A stretch of DNA of 64,000 bases from Eledone cirrhosa (GCA_964016885.1 OZ024743.1:155806001-155870000), one strand, 5' to 3'. Positions 14,101-27,800 are shown, counted from the stretch's first letter. Numbers and translations are program-made. The notes: generated by a model not told the origin, from the letters alone.

Positions 14101-14780
14101 CAAAACGAAGTAGGGTGAAACACCATATTTACAGGAGGAAGCTAGTCCACTGTGTGGAGAGAGGAGACTGTGGCTCACATTGTATCCGAGTATAAACACC
14201 TAGCCCAGACTCACTATAAAGGCTGGATACATGATATATGGGCAGGGTGATCCACTGGCACCTATGCAAAGTAAACAATTTACCACATTATGAGAAGTGG
14301 TATGAGCATAAGCCAGAGTCGGTTATAGAAAACGATCAGGTGAAGGTGCGGTGGGATTTTGAGGATACAGACGGACAAGAAACTGGAACTCAATAAACCT
14401 GACCTGGTGGTTTTGGACAAGGAAAAAAAGATGTTGGCTGATTGTGGATGTAGCCTGCCCATTCGACACAAGAGTGAAGGAGAGGGAGTAAATTAACCGA
14501 TACCAGGACTTAAAGTGTGAGGTAAAAAGTATTTGCAATTGCCATGAAGTCAAAGTGGTCCCGATTGTTATAGGCGCACTGGGTACTATCGCAAAGAGTT
14601 TCCAACGATGGTTAAAGAAAATAGGCCCCGCCCCGCTTTTTGGAACACTTCAAAAGGCATGCTTGCTGGGAACAGCAAGAACACTCCGATACGTCCTGAA
14701 TATCTGAGGCTGCAGGTAGTGGCTTGATATTCATTTCAACAAACTTTACAGTTAAATAACATCAATGACTGAGACTCAAA

Positions 14781-14781
<1 letters not shown>
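11132..14781 (+). mobile_element. R4/Dong-type family a, copy B (chimera: 5' half = copy C, 3' half = copy A)
   Basis: ORF 11389-13155 matches 15123.. up to PITCLS and then matches copy A; constant 3734-bp offset; (TAA)n at both ends. Confidence 0.92.
11389..13155 (+). pseudogene. Truncated RLE-type retrotransposon ORF (N-terminal Myb-like region + N-terminal part of RT)
   Basis: Premature TAG before the GIFQGD/xxDD motifs. Confidence 0.88.
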
Positions 14782-14865
<84 letters not shown>

Positions 14866-17800
14866 CGAACACTACATTAATAATATATAATAATAATAAT
14901 ATTCGAACACTACATTACAATGAAACTTTTGCTTATTCATTTTTGGGGCCCTTTCTGCCTGTGTGTTTGTTTGTTTATGTGTGTTCGTATACAGCGTGGT
15001 GATAATGCCACACAAGGGCCAAGTGGGATGGCGGATCCACAGATGGCTATGTAACTATATATTCGCCAATCCTCGATAAGAGTGTTTTAATATCGAACAT
15101 AAACAGTTCGAATAACGGTGAAATGGAGACTAGAACGTCATGTGACAGACTCTCACCCAACAGGTGCCCCCTGGCTCAGCAGCAAGAACCTGACTGTCAA
15201 CCAAATACTGCTGATGTTGGAGGAAGAAGAAGAAGGAAAGGGGCCAGAACCAACTGGACGAAAGAATTGAATAGAACTGTTATGCAATGCTACCTGAAAA
15301 GTAACCCCAAGGAGAGGGGCTACAGGAGACGGATGCATAACATCTGGAACGAGATTGGTTTATTTAAATTAGATGAACAAAAATTGGCCGGGCAGGCTCG
15401 GGTAATAAGAACTAATGGGTGGATAAACGAGCTGGAACTGGAGGAACTGAGCAGAGAGAATGGCTTGGAGATGGCGGGTGTAGTATGCCAGACAAGCGAG
15501 CCAGTGGGAAATGAAGGTGAAGAGGTCCTGAGAACGGAGGAACCACCCGAAGCAGACAATGATCTGAATACTGAGATAAATAATACCTGGAACAGAGATA
15601 CGGCCACTGAGGAGATGAATGCTGACGGGCTAGGACAAGATTCGGTTGACATCCTAAATTTAGTGGTAGATGAATTGAACAATGATAGTGGGAGACCTAT
15701 GAACCTAAGATTTGTAGACAGGAAAAAGTTAAAAGAAACAACAGCTAAGGTAAACAAAGTCATCCCATACCTTGAGGCGAGGAGCCTTCACCAGTGCAAC
15801 AATATCCTCAAAGCAACAGCAAATACGGTGAGGAAACTACTTGGTATAAAGGCGAGAGGAAACAACGGACAAGAAAGAGCAGAGCCGTGGTGGAAGAAGC
15901 GACTGAGTGGGCAAATCGGGGAAATGAGAAATGACATAGGAAAGCTTGAGTCACTACTGAATGGGACACTAAAAAACATAGGCACTAAAAATAGACTGGA
16001 AATAAAATACAAAACTAGGAGTAAAAAGCTAACTATTGTCATAGAGGAATTGAAGCAACGCATTGTAGCAAAGAGTGCAAAAATCAGGCGATACGAGAAC
16101 AGAGTCAGTCAGTATAAACAGAACCGCATGTTCGACAACAACCAGAAGATGCTGTTTGGACAGCTTGAGGGGAAAGAAAGAGGCAACGACTTGATCCCTG
16201 GGGCGGAACAAACTAAAACATTCTGGAGAGGAATATGGGAGCAGGATGTTAGACATAATGCCCAGGCAGGGTGGATTGAGACAGTACAGAGGGAGATCGG
16301 TGAGCAGGCACAACAACAAACTGATTTGAGTATCACAGTTGAAACTCTTAAGGGGCAGGCCAAAAAACTAACCAACTGGAAATCACCAGGCCCAGATGGT
16401 GTGCAGGGGTATTGGATTAAACATTTAACATCCCTCCACCCGAAGCTGACGGCCATATTCAATGACTGCTTGGTGTCGGGTGAGGTGCCAGAGTGGTTGA
16501 CAAAAGGTACCACAGTTCTGATAATGAAAGACCGAATCAAGGGTAATGATGTTACCAACTATAGACCTATCACATGTCTGTCCGTAGTGTGGAAACTGTT
16601 GACGAGCATTGTGTCTGAGGAAATCTACCATCACCTCCACACAAACAACTTGTTACCGGACGAACAGAAAGGATGCCGAAAGAAGTCAAGTGGAACAAAG
16701 GACCAGTTACTTATTGATAAGATGGTAATGGGGAACTGCAGGAGGAGACACACTGATCTTGCCATGGGATGGATAGACTACGGAAAGGCATTTGACATGG
16801 TGCCTCATTCTTGGATCACCAAAAGCCTGGAGATCTTCAGGGTGGCAGATAACATCAGACAGCTGCTGGGCAGGAGCATGGGGTCCTGGGAGACAGAGTT
16901 GACATCAACTGGAGTATCCTTGGGAAGCGTGAAGATCAAGAGAGGTATCTTCCAGGGAGATAGCCTGTCACCTCTGTTGTTTGTCCTTGCCCTAATGCCC
17001 TTGACCATTATGCTGCGAAAAGTGAGAGCAGGATACAAGTTGGGAAGGGGAGAGCTTACCACCAATCACCTCCTCTTCATGGACGATCTTAAGCTCTTCG
17101 GGAAAAGTGAGAAGGAGTTGGATATGCTTGTTGACACTGTCCGTATTTTCAGCAGTGATATATGTATGCAGTTTGGTATTGGTAAATGTGGAGTCATTGT
17201 GATGAGGAGGGGTAGGTTGAGCAGAAGTAGCGGGATTCAGATACCAACAGGTGAGATGATAAAGGCAATTGACTCTGAGGAAGGATACAAGTATTTGGGC
17301 GTTCTGGAGGCTGATGGCATAAAGAACAAAAAAATGAACTGAATACATTCGGAGAGTAAGGAGCGTATTGAAGTCACATCTGAACAGCAGAAATGCCATA
17401 AGCGCAGTAAATTCCCGAGCTGTGTCTATAATTAGGTACAGTGCGGGAATTCTGAGATGGAATGTTGCTGAACAAAAAGAAATGGATAGGAAGACTAGGA
17501 AGCTATTGACTATCTACAACATGTTCCACAAGAGGAGTGATGTCGATAGGCTCTACCTAAGGAGACCTGAGGGTGGAAGAGGTCTTATCAGCATAGAGGA
17601 CTGTGTTCAGATGGAGAAAAACAACCTATACAAATACGTGACCTATATTAAGGAGCCAATGCTCAAAATTGTACTGAAGGAGGGGACAGTAGGCCAGGGG
17701 ATGTCCAAGGAGGAAATAACATCAAGGAGGAAGAGCAGCCTTAAGGGAAAATCCCTTCATAGTACCTTCTTTGAGAAAACTTAATTTAGAGATCCACAGA

Positions 17801-18541
17801 TATGGAACTGGTTGAGAAGAGGAGACCTCAAAAAGGCTACAGAAGGAGTGATAATGGCTGCGCAGGAGCAGGCCCTCAAAACGAAGTGGTTGAAGCACCA
17901 TATTTACAAGGAGGAGGCTAGCCCACTGTGCAGGATCTGTGGAGAGAGAGAGAGGAGACTGTGGCTCACATTGTGTCCGAGTGTAAACACCTAGCCCAGA
18001 CCCACTATAAGGGCTGGAGACACGATGTGATGGGCAGGGTGATCCACTGGCACCTGTGCAAAGTAAACAATTTACCACATTCTGAGAAATGGTATGAGCA
18101 TAGGCCGGAGGCGGTGATGGAGAACAATCAGGTAAAGGTGCTGTGGGATTTTAGGATACAGACAGACAAAAAACTGGAACACAATAGACCTGACCTGGTG
18201 GTTGTGGACAAAGAAAAAAGATCGTGTCTGATTGTGGATGTGGCCTGCCCGTTCGACACGAGAGTGCAAGAGAAGGAGAGGGAGAAAATTAACCGATACC
18301 CGGACCTAAAGTGGGAGGTGAAAAGGATTTGGAACTGCCATGAAGTCAAAGTGATCCCGATTGTCATAGGCGCACTGGGGACTATCTCCAAAAGTTTCCA
18401 GGGATGGTTAAAGAAAATCGGCCCCTTCACGCTTTTTGGAACGCTTCAAAAGGCATGCTTGCTTGGAACAGCAAGAACCCTCCGATACGTCCTGAATAAC
18501 GGACTTTCCAGTTAACCAACATCAATGACTGAGATTCAAGG
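14866..18541 (+). mobile_element. R4/Dong-type family a, copy C (near full length, frameshifted)
   Basis: ORF 15123-17342 contains the complete RT ([24 protein letters not shown]). Downstream fragments give CRIC..HIVSEC, RHD, RPDLVV..IVDVACP. (TAA)n tail 18542-18592. Confidence 0.93.
15123..18515 (+). pseudogene. RT + CCHC knuckle + restriction-like endonuclease ORF, broken by a deletion near 17335, a stop and a frameshift
   Basis: ORFs 15123-17342, 17368-17784, 17812-17994 and 17928-18515 tile the protein of copy E. Confidence 0.9.
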
Positions 18542-18550
18542 AATAACAAC

Positions 18551-18594
<44 letters not shown>

Positions 18595-18843
18595 TTTCTT
18601 TATTAACCACAAGGGTTTACATAAAGTAGACATTAAGGACCTCGCAGGACAATGCAGGACGGTACAAATGGGCATTTCTGCGTGTAAAAAAACAAAAACA
18701 GATGATGTAACAAAAAATAACAATGAAAAATTCCCCAATAGGGGGGAGACTTCGGAGGGTCATTTGTGGAGAAAGCCCAGTAAAAAGCCACAATGACCCT
18801 GACCACCAAGGCAAGTGCCCTCTCCCAGTGTTCCACCTTTAAT

Positions 18844-21800
18844 TTACAGATATATACTCAGAGTAGGCCCATTCACTCGGGCCTTTCTTGCTTCTCTCAC
18901 CCATCTTTCAACAAAATGCTGGGAAGAGAGCACTTCCCTCTCTACTCTGATTTTCCTTTTCAAATGAAATTTGAAAAAGTCAATCAGAGCATCACCGAAG
19001 AGGTAAGTGGCCGTCTTCAGCCCTTTCAAACGTGTCCACCATACTATCTCTTTCGCCATGGCCACCAGACAGATAAAAACTGCCTGCCCTTCCCGGCTAA
19101 AGGAGGAGGGCGGGGCAATCCTCACGATGGACTCAGATGATAGCCGGATCCGTCCTAAACGCGACAGCAGGTGTTCGACATAAACCCACAAGTCAGCAAT
19201 TTTCGGACACTGGACGAGTGCGTGCAGGATGGTTTCGTCGCCCTGCGCGCATCTCGGACATGCCCGGCTGACGGCACCTCCATGCCTGTAGATTTTATCC
19301 CGAACTGGCAAGGCTCCTCGGTAGCATTGCCAGGCCAGAGATTTCTGGAAGTTGTCCATAGGCCCCGGCCCAAATGTTCTTCCGAAGAGATTGGCTAGTT
19401 GATTTTCGTCGACGCCTAGAGTTTGCCCAAGTACGTCGTCGCTCTTCCCCTCCACTAATCCTCTATAGAACGCCGAGGTGGAGTTTCCACCGAGCACATT
19501 GCCCGATTGGTCGAGGGCTGTGAGCGCCTGAAGACATTCCAGTCTCCAGGCGCCCCCACTCGGTCTTCGCTTGACCCACGGATGCAGCTCCGTCAAGGAA
19601 ACGAGCTGGGGAAATACGTGTCTAGCAAACGGCGACCACACCTGATCACCGTCGAGGAAGAGGTGGAGATGTCGTAGCCTGAGCACGTGCCTGCGCATCA
19701 TCAGCCACGGCATGCCCAGCCCTCCACGTAGCGGGTTTTGAAAACAGATGGACCGCCTGACCATCGGAGCGCGTCCCTTCCACACAAAGCGAAAGAGCAA
19801 ACGCTCCAGCGCAGTCAGGCGACGCTTAGGACAAGGTAAGACGGTCAGGCCGTAGCAGATGACAGATGCGATGTACGCGTTAGCCACCTCCGCTCGACCT
19901 TTCAGGGATAGCTCCTCTCCGCCCATTTCTGGGTGAGAGAAGCCACCCTGCTCGTCACCTCGTCCCAGTTTTTGTCCATCTGGAGGTCCGGACCGAACCA
20001 GACCCCTAGCAATTTAACCGGTCCGTCCGTCCAGCGTCCGACGCCGCTGTTGGACGGCATGGACCTGCCTCTCTAGGTGCCGAGCTGCAGGCCCACTGAC
20101 TTTTCCTGGTCGATCATTGCTCTGTCACCGCTTCGTATTCTCTTAGTGTAGTGCCGATCGCCTCGATGTGTTTGGCGTCCGACACCACTACGGTGACATC
20201 GTCCGCATATGCTGACACGGATCTTCCGCATCCTAGTTCGCGCGGGATGCCCCTCAACGTCTCCAGTTTGTGCAGTAATGGCTCGAGAGTCAATACGTAC
20301 AAGAGGGACCAGAGGGGACATCCTTGGCGGACCGAGCGCATGATGTTGAACGATTCCGACAGGTGACCGTTCACTCTCACCACAGAGCAGATGTCTATGT
20401 GAATGGCAGCGATCCAGCCTCTGAAGACGGGCCCAGAGCCAGCCGCCTACAGGACTGCCGCTAGGTAACGATGGTCAATCCTATCGAAAGCTTTCGACAA
20501 ATCTAAATTGATTAATGACCCACCCGTGCCAGGTTCCCTAGCTACCCTCTCTACGATGTATTGCATGAGGTGGAGGTTGTTGTGGATGGATCTGTCGGGA
20601 ATGGCGCATGTCTGCGCCTCTCCCACCAGACCACAAACGACAAGCGCCAACCTCTTTGCTAGCACCTTGGCCAAAATCTTGAACTCTGTGTTTAGCAGAG
20701 TTATGGGCCGGAAATGATCTATGTTATCCCCCTTGTTCGGATCCTTTCTCAGCAGTTTCACCGCTCCTCGGCTCACGTAACTGGGAATTCTCCCGTTCTG
20801 TTGCCAGTTGCAGTAGACGTCCGCCAAGAGGCCTCCGAACAAGTCTGGCCTCTGTACGTAAAGTTCATAGGGCAGACCATCCAAACCAGGCGATTTACCA
20901 CTTGTGCAGTCAGTCATTCCCTCCCTTACTTCAGCGGCTGTTATTGACTTTTCGCAACACTTCTCCTCAGTGGCCGAGAGCCGTGGCTGTCCGTCGAGGT
21001 AGACACTAAAGTCCATCCCTCGACCCGGCCGACCGCTGCCCCCGAGCAGCTGAGCGAAGTGTCGCTGAAAAGCTTCACACATTTGCCCGGGATCGAGTAG
21101 CATGCGCCCGTCGTGGTCCACCCAAAGACCGGATCGTGGCTTTGTTGCCACGACGCGCCTCCGCCACTCGGGCCCATTGAACGGCTTTCGACGCCTCGTG
21201 TCTGAGAGCACGCACCCTTGCACTGACAACGCAGCCTTCGTGCTTTGCATTGATGAATTGGTCAAGCGCCAATTTCGCCGCAAGCACGTCGGTCACAATG
21301 CCTTTGCTAAGCGCCTCGTCTAATTTTCTAACTAGTTCTCCCTCTGCTCTATTTTTCTCTATTGCTAAAACCTTACTAAACCTAATCGATTCTATTCTAA
21401 TCGCTCTTTTCAGAGCAAACCACCACTTGTTGTTGACGATGGGCCCCCGTCAACGCCCGCTTAACTAGTTCGATAATCCGGTCTCTGTAGGCCTTGCGCG
21501 CTGGTAAGGACGCGTTTAGCTTCCAGTAGCCGGGTCCTCGTCTATGAAGCCTATCTAAGTCAAGCACACAGATCACGAATTTGTGTTCCGTGTAGCTGAC
21601 TATTTTGAATTATGGACAGCCTATGCTTGACCTATCTATTTCCCTACAAAATACTCTATCTAGATATGATCTGGATGCCCCTATGCGATTTGTCCAAGTC
21701 CACATTGGCACATTCGGGAAATCCAATCGGTACCTGTCAGACAGTTCAAAACGACTGAGCAGGTTGGTGAGACTCTTGCACCCTCCACCCCTATCCGCTA

Positions 21801-22264
21801 ATCCCACACAGTCCCAGCTTGCATCTAAGATCCCGTTCCAGTCGCCCACTAACACTAAAGAGCGGGACGTTCCAAGAAAGGTCTCCAGACGCCGGAAGAA
21901 ATCAGGCCGCCCTGCTCCTGTCGGGGTATAGACGGCCACTAGCCTGAAAGCTTGCCCGTCTCCGCTGGTCACATTCAGCACGACAAGCTTACCCTCTGGG
22001 ACAAGGAAGATGGCCCGTATGGCGAGATCCAAACCTCTCCGAAAAAGCACAGCAACTCCGCCCCCGATCCCGGACGGCTGGGAGATGCGTATACATCGTA
22101 GCCGCCGAAGATCGGTGCGAAGGCCCGTGCTTCGGAGATTCTGGTCTCGATGATGGCCACTACATCTATGTTTAGTGACCTGAGGTCGTTGAGCAGGTGA
22201 CCCTGCTTCCATGACGACCCCAAGTCACGCGCATTTATGCTGCCTATTCTGAGTGAAGGTCATG
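18844..22264 (-). pseudogene. Tx1-type ORF2 (APE endonuclease + RT + zinc finger), frameshifted
   Basis: Consecutive fragments 21975-22223, 21610-22212, 20447-21283, 20114-20383, 18844-19926. Confidence 0.9.
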
Positions 22265-22298
22265 TTTAAAATAGAGTGGAAAAGATGGGAAAGACCAC

Positions 22299-24314
22299 TT
22301 ACCGTACTTTTCGTAGAGGAGGGATGGTTTTTACATCCCTTTTCACTTGATCGTCTGGTGAATGGACCATTGAATCGTCCCTTTGGCGGGTCGTCGGCTC
22401 TTCTATGAGAATGTCTGAATATACTCTTCGATTGATAGTTCCTCCTAGGTCCCTGAAATCACCAACTGCGTTGGGGAATTTCGTTTTAATGTTTGTGTAT
22501 TGTTTCTGTGCTATTTTAAGCAGTCTTATGTTAGTTGGCGTTTTGATTGGTGCTGGTATTATGTAGTCGTGTTGTGAAATGTCTGTGTGTTCAATTATGT
22601 AAGTCATTAGTTTCTTGTTGTGTGTATTTATTGCCGTGCATTTGTTTTTCTGTTGGTGGGGTGTGGTTCTGCTATTTTCTTGTCGTTGTTGCTGGGTGTG
22701 TGTGTTTTGTTGTTGTGTTTGCGATGTTGGTGCTTGTGGTGGTGGTGTTGAAGGTGTTGTTGGCGGTGGGGTTGTCGCCGGTGGTGATGGTGGTGCTAGT
22801 GTGGGTGGTGATGGTGTTGGTGGTGTTGCTGCTGTGGGTCTCTTTGCAGTAGACTTTACCCTTTTCTCTTTTCTTTCCTCCCTTTTCAAAGGCGACGATG
22901 CGCTGCTTCTGCGTTTGTGCCTTCTTACGATCTTTTGCCATCCCTCTCCCACCTCACACTCCATGTCTGATTCTGTGAGGTCGGGGAGGGGTACCAGCTC
23001 CACTCTTTCACTTGTTGTTGTTGGTGATGTTTGCACTGGAGTCTCTGTTGCAGCTGCATTTGGTATTGCTGTTGTTGTTGTTAATATTTCCACTGCTGCT
23101 GCTGTATTTGATTTCCGTGGCGTGGGTATGGGTGCCACGGACCTATCGTTCCTGGTTGCCGCTTGTCCTGTTGCTGGTAGCCGTGGAGCCGGTTTCGGAA
23201 GGAGGGGGGTTTTCTCCTTTCTCAGGGTCTTCACGTTGCAGAAGGCCCTGAGGTGAGTCTTCGATCCACAGCGAAAGCATTTCGGGCGTTTTCCCTCAAC
23301 ACTTATGGGCAGTTGAGTGCCGTTATCGAAGTCTATCACATCCGAGATAGTTTCGATACACTCCTGGTTGGTTTGGATTAACATCTCAATGGAGGTGCCG
23401 ACCCAATCTTCTCTTACTTTTTTCTGTACTTGCACTACAGTTGTTTTGTCCTCGATTCCGACGAGGACAGACGCGGCCAGCCAAGAAGGGGCCATCCCGG
23501 GGAGGACGTGGGTCAGTTTGACCCTCTCAATTTTTTGCCCGCAGTAGGAGTGCACCAACACCATTTCCTCGCTCCTTAGGGTCACTACGGATTGGGCCTT
23601 TGCCTCCTGGGGTGTGGCAAAAAGTACGTCTACGGTGGCATATTTTTTGCCTCGGGTGATGTGCGTTTTCCGCTGCCACACAGACCCCAAGGCTTTTGGT
23701 ATTTGAGCCTCTGTGGCTCTTTCCACCCTACGGGATTTTGTACTTACTGTACGGTACGTGACCGTACAGTGCTGTTGGGTTTCGAAAATTTTTTCCGCTG
23801 CCTTGCAGATTGCTCGGTGTCCATTCTTTGTCACCAGCTTCTTCGCTTCCTCTAATTCCTCATTTGTTATGAGGATTGTTTCCAAGTTTTTCGCAATACC
23901 TGCAAATGAGATTGGTTTTACTTTGCTGCTGTTGTTGTTGTTGTTGGTGTTGCTGATAATGCTGTTGTTGTTTATGTTGCTGGTGATGCTGTTGCGGCTG
24001 CTAATGTTGTTGTCATTGTCACTGTTGCTATTGTTATTACGGCTGCTACTGCTATTATTCCTGACGTCAGACGAATGAACAGGGTTTTCGTATTTCCCGC
24101 ACACCTGTTTCGTCGCTGTCGTCGCAGAGAAACCTTGCTCGCTTTGCACGAGACTTTTCTTTTCTTTCGTCGCTTGCGAAAGATAAGGGAGGGAGAGAGA
24201 CACATTTAAAGAAGGGAGGGAGAGAGACAATCTTCTCTCTGCTGTAGTGATGATTGAGGAAGAAGAAGACGGAATGAGTGGGAGTGACCTATGAAATTTC
24301 TTTTTCGTAGCCAT
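22299..24314 (-). CDS. Tx1-type ORF1 (gag-like nucleic-acid-binding protein with zinc knuckle)
   Basis: Open 671-aa ORF; EGKRPKCFRCGSKTHLRAFC knuckle; Asn/Ser and Pro/Thr low-complexity arms. Confidence 0.85.
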   Translation of the reverse strand: MATKKKFHRSLPLIPSSSSSIITTAERRLSLSLPSLNVSLSLPYLSQATKEKKSLVQSEQGFSATTATKQVCGKYENPVHSSDVRNNSSSSRNNNSNSDNDNNISSRNSITSNINNNSIISNTNNNNNSSKVKPISFAGIAKNLETILITNEELEEAKKLVTKNGHRAICKAAEKIFETQQHCTVTYRTVSTKSRRVERATEAQIPKALGSVWQRKTHITRGKKYATVDVLFATPQEAKAQSVVTLRSEEMVLVHSYCGQKIERVKLTHVLPGMAPSWLAASVLVGIEDKTTVVQVQKKVREDWVGTSIEMLIQTNQECIETISDVIDFDNGTQLPISVEGKRPKCFRCGSKTHLRAFCNVKTLRKEKTPLLPKPAPRLPATGQAATRNDRSVAPIPTPRKSNTAAAVEILTTTTAIPNAAATETPVQTSPTTTSERVELVPLPDLTESDMECEVGEGWQKIVRRHKRRSSASSPLKREERKEKRVKSTAKRPTAATPPTPSPPTLAPPSPPATTPPPTTPSTPPPQAPTSQTQQQNTHTQQQRQENSRTTPHQQKNKCTAINTHNKKLMTYIIEHTDISQHDYIIPAPIKTPTNIRLLKIAQKQYTNIKTKFPNAVGDFRDLGGTINRRVYSDILIEEPTTRQRDDSMVHSPDDQVKRDVKTIPPLRKVR

Positions 24315-24544
24315 GTTGTTGTTTTGTTTTTGTTTAAAATAAATATTGGGTACAAAACCCCAATAAGCAGTTATTTAACCCCGAAGGGCCAAATAACGGG
24401 CAGGAAGACCCCTCTCACAAGAAGGAGGGTGTTCTTGTCTACAAGTTCGTTAAAGTTTTAAACAATTTACAATTGTTATAGTGTTCAAAATTTACAATAC
24501 CTTACAGAGCCGAGCCTCCGTCAACCATAGCATTCAATAATAAC

Positions 24545-24596
<52 letters not shown>

Positions 24597-24839
24597 TTTT
24601 CTTTATTAACCACAAGGGTTCACAGAAAGTAGACATTAAGGACAGTACAGGACAATACAGGACGGTACAAATGGGCATTTCTGCGTGTAAAAAAAACGGA
24701 GGCTGAAATAAAATAACAAAGAAAAATTCCCCAATAGGGGGGAGACTTCCAAGGGACATTTGTGGAGAAAGCCCATTAAAAGACCACAGTGGCCCTGATC
24801 ACCAGGGCAAGTGCCCTCTCCCAGTTTTCCACCTTTAAT

Positions 24840-27800
24840 TTACAGACACATACTCAGAGAAGGCCCATTCATTCGGGCCATACTTGCTTCTCTCACCCAT
24901 CTTTCAACAAAATGCTGGGAAGAGAGCACTTCCCTCTCTACCCTGATTTTCCTTTTCAAATGAAATTTGAAAAAGTTAATCAGGGCATCACCGAAGTGGT
25001 AAGTGCTCGTCTTCAGCCCTTTCCAACGTGTCCACCATACTATCTCTTTCGCCATGGCCACCAGACAGATAAAAACTGCCTGCCCTTCCAAGCTAAAGGA
25101 AGGGGGCGGGGCAATCCTCACGATGGACTCAGCTGATAGCTGGATCCGTCCTACACGTGACAGCAGGTGTTCGACATAAACCCACAAGTCTGCAATGCTC
25201 GGACACTGGACAAGTGCGTGCAGGACGGTTTCGTCGCCCTGCTCGCATCTCGGACATGCCGGCTGACGGCACCTCCATGCCTGTAGAGTTTATCCCGAAC
25301 TGGCAAAGCTCCTCGGTAGCACTGCCAGGCCAGGGATTTCTGGAAGTTGTCCATAGGCCCCGGCCCGAAAGTCCTTCCGAAGAGATTGGCTAGTTGATTT
25401 TCGTCGACGCCTAGATTTTCTCCAAGTACGTCGTCGCTCTTCCCCTCCACTAATACCCTATAGAACGCCAAGGTGGAGTTTCCACCGATCACATTGCCCG
25501 ATTGGTCGAGGGCTGTGAGCGCCTGAAGACATTCCAGTCTCCAAGCGCTCCCTCTCGGTCTTCGCTTGACCCAGGACTGCAGCTCCGTCAAGGAGACGAG
25601 CTGGGGAAAAACGTGTCTTGCAAACGGCGACCACACCTGATCACCGTCGAGGAAGAGGTGGAGATGTCGTAGCCTGAGCGCGTGTCTGCGCATCATCATC
25701 CACGGCATGCCCAGCCCTCCACGTAGCGGGTGTTGACAGCAGATGGACCGCCTGACCATCGGAGCGCGTCCCTTCCACAAGAAGCGAAAGAGCAAACTCT
25801 CCAGCGCAGTCAGGCGGGGCTTAGGACAAGGTACGACGGTCAGGCGGTAGTAGATGACGGATGCGATGTACGCATTCGCCACCTCCGCTCGACCTTTCAG
25901 GGATAGCTTCCTCTCGGCCCATTTCTGGGTGAGAGAAGCCACCCTGCTCGTCACCTCGTCCTAGTTTTTGTCCGTATGGAGGTCTGGACCGAACCAGACC
26001 CCTAGCAATTTAACCGGTCCGTCCGTCCAGCGCCCGACGTCGCTGTTGGACGGCATGGACCTGCCTCTCCAGGTGCCGAGCTGCAGGCCCACTGACTTTT
26101 CCTGATTGATCATTGCTCCTGTCACCGCTTCGTATTCTCTTAGTGTCGTGCCGATCGCCTCGATGTGTTTGGCGTTCGACACTACTACGGTGACATCGTC
26201 GGCATATGCTGACACGGATCTTCCGCATCCTAGTTCGCGCGGGACCCCCCTCAACGTCTCCAGTTTGTGCAGTAAGGGCTCGAGAGTCAATACGTACAAT
26301 AGGGACGAGAGGGGACCTCCTTGGCGGACCGAGCGCATGATGTTGAACGGTTCCGAAAGGTGACCGTTCACTCTCACGACAGAGCAGATGTCGCTGTGCA
26401 TGGCAGCGATCCAGCCTCTGAAGACGGGCCCAAAGCCAGCGGCCCTCAGGACTGCCGTTAGGTAACGATGGTCGACCCTATCGAAGGCTTTCGACTGATC
26501 TAAATTGATCAAAGAGCCACCCGTGCCAGGTTCCCTAGCTACCCTCTCTACGATGTATCGCATGAGGTTGTCGTGGATGGATCTGTCGGGAATGGCGCAT
26601 GTCTGTGCCTATCCCACCAGACCACCAACGACAAGCGCCAACCTCTTTGCTAGCGCCTTGGCCAAAGTCTTGAACTCTGTGTTTAGCAGTGTTATGGGCC
26701 TAAAATGATCTATGTTATCCCCCTTGTTCGGATCCTTTCTCAGCAGCGCCACCGCTCCTCGGCTCACAGAGCTGGGAATTCTCCCGTTCTGTTGCCAGTT
26801 GCAGTAGACGTCCGCCAAGAGGCCTCCGAACAAGTTTGGCATTTGTACGTAAAGTTCATAGGGCAGACCATCCAAACCAGGCGATTTACCCCTTGTGCAA
26901 CTAGTCATTGCATCCCGTACTTCAGCGGTTGTTATCGGCATTTCGCAACACTCCGCCTCAGTGGCCGAAAGCCGCGGCAGTCCGTCGAGGTAGACACTAA
27001 AGTCCATCCCTCGATCCGGCCCGCCACTGCCCCCGAACAGTTGAGCGAAGTGTCGCTGAAAAGCTTCACACATTTGCCCGGGATCGAGTAGCATGCGCCC
27101 GTCGTGGTCCACCAAAGACCGGATCGTGGCTTTGTGCCACGACGCGCCTCCGCCACTCGGGCCCATTGAACGGCTTTCGTCCCCTCGTGTCTGAGAGCAC
27201 GCACCCTAGCTCTGACAACCCAGCCTTCGTGCTTTGCATTGAAGAATTGGTCAAGGGCCAATTTCGCCGCAAGTACGTCGGTCGCGATGCCTTTGCTAAG
27301 CGCCTCATCTAATTTTCTAACTAATTCTCCCTCAGCTCTATTTTTCTCTATTGCTAAAGTCTTACTAAACCTAACGGACTCTATTCTAATTGCTCTTTTC
27401 AGAGCAAACCACCACTTGTTGTTGACGATGGCCCCCGTCAACGCCCGCTTAACTAGTTCGCTAATCCGGTCTCTGTAGGCCTTGCGCGCTGGTAAGGACG
27501 CGTTTAACTTCCAGTAGCCGTCCTCGTCTATGAAGCCTATCTAAGTCAAGCACACAGATCACGAATTTGTGGTCCGTGTAGCTGACTATCTTGAATTGTG
27601 GACAGCCTATGCTAGACCTATCTATTTCCCTACAAAATACTCTATCTAGATATGATCTGGATGACCCTATGCGATTTGTCCAAGTCCACATTGGTACATT
27701 CGGGAAATCCATTCGGTACCTGTCAGACAGTTCAGAATGTCTGAGCAGGTTGGTGAGACTCTTGCACCCTCCTTCCCTATCCACTAATCCCACACAATCC

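Larger units (their letters stand above)
18593..24535 (-). mobile_element. Tx1-clade (L1 group) non-LTR retrotransposon, copy 1, full length
   Basis: ORF1 with CX2CX4HX4C; ORF2 APE (GDWN, SYLDR) + RT (KSPGLDGL, FRPITLLN, KAFDR, VRQGCP, AYADD) + C-terminal CPRC..ETILHALVQC; (TAA)n on both sides. Confidence 0.92.
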
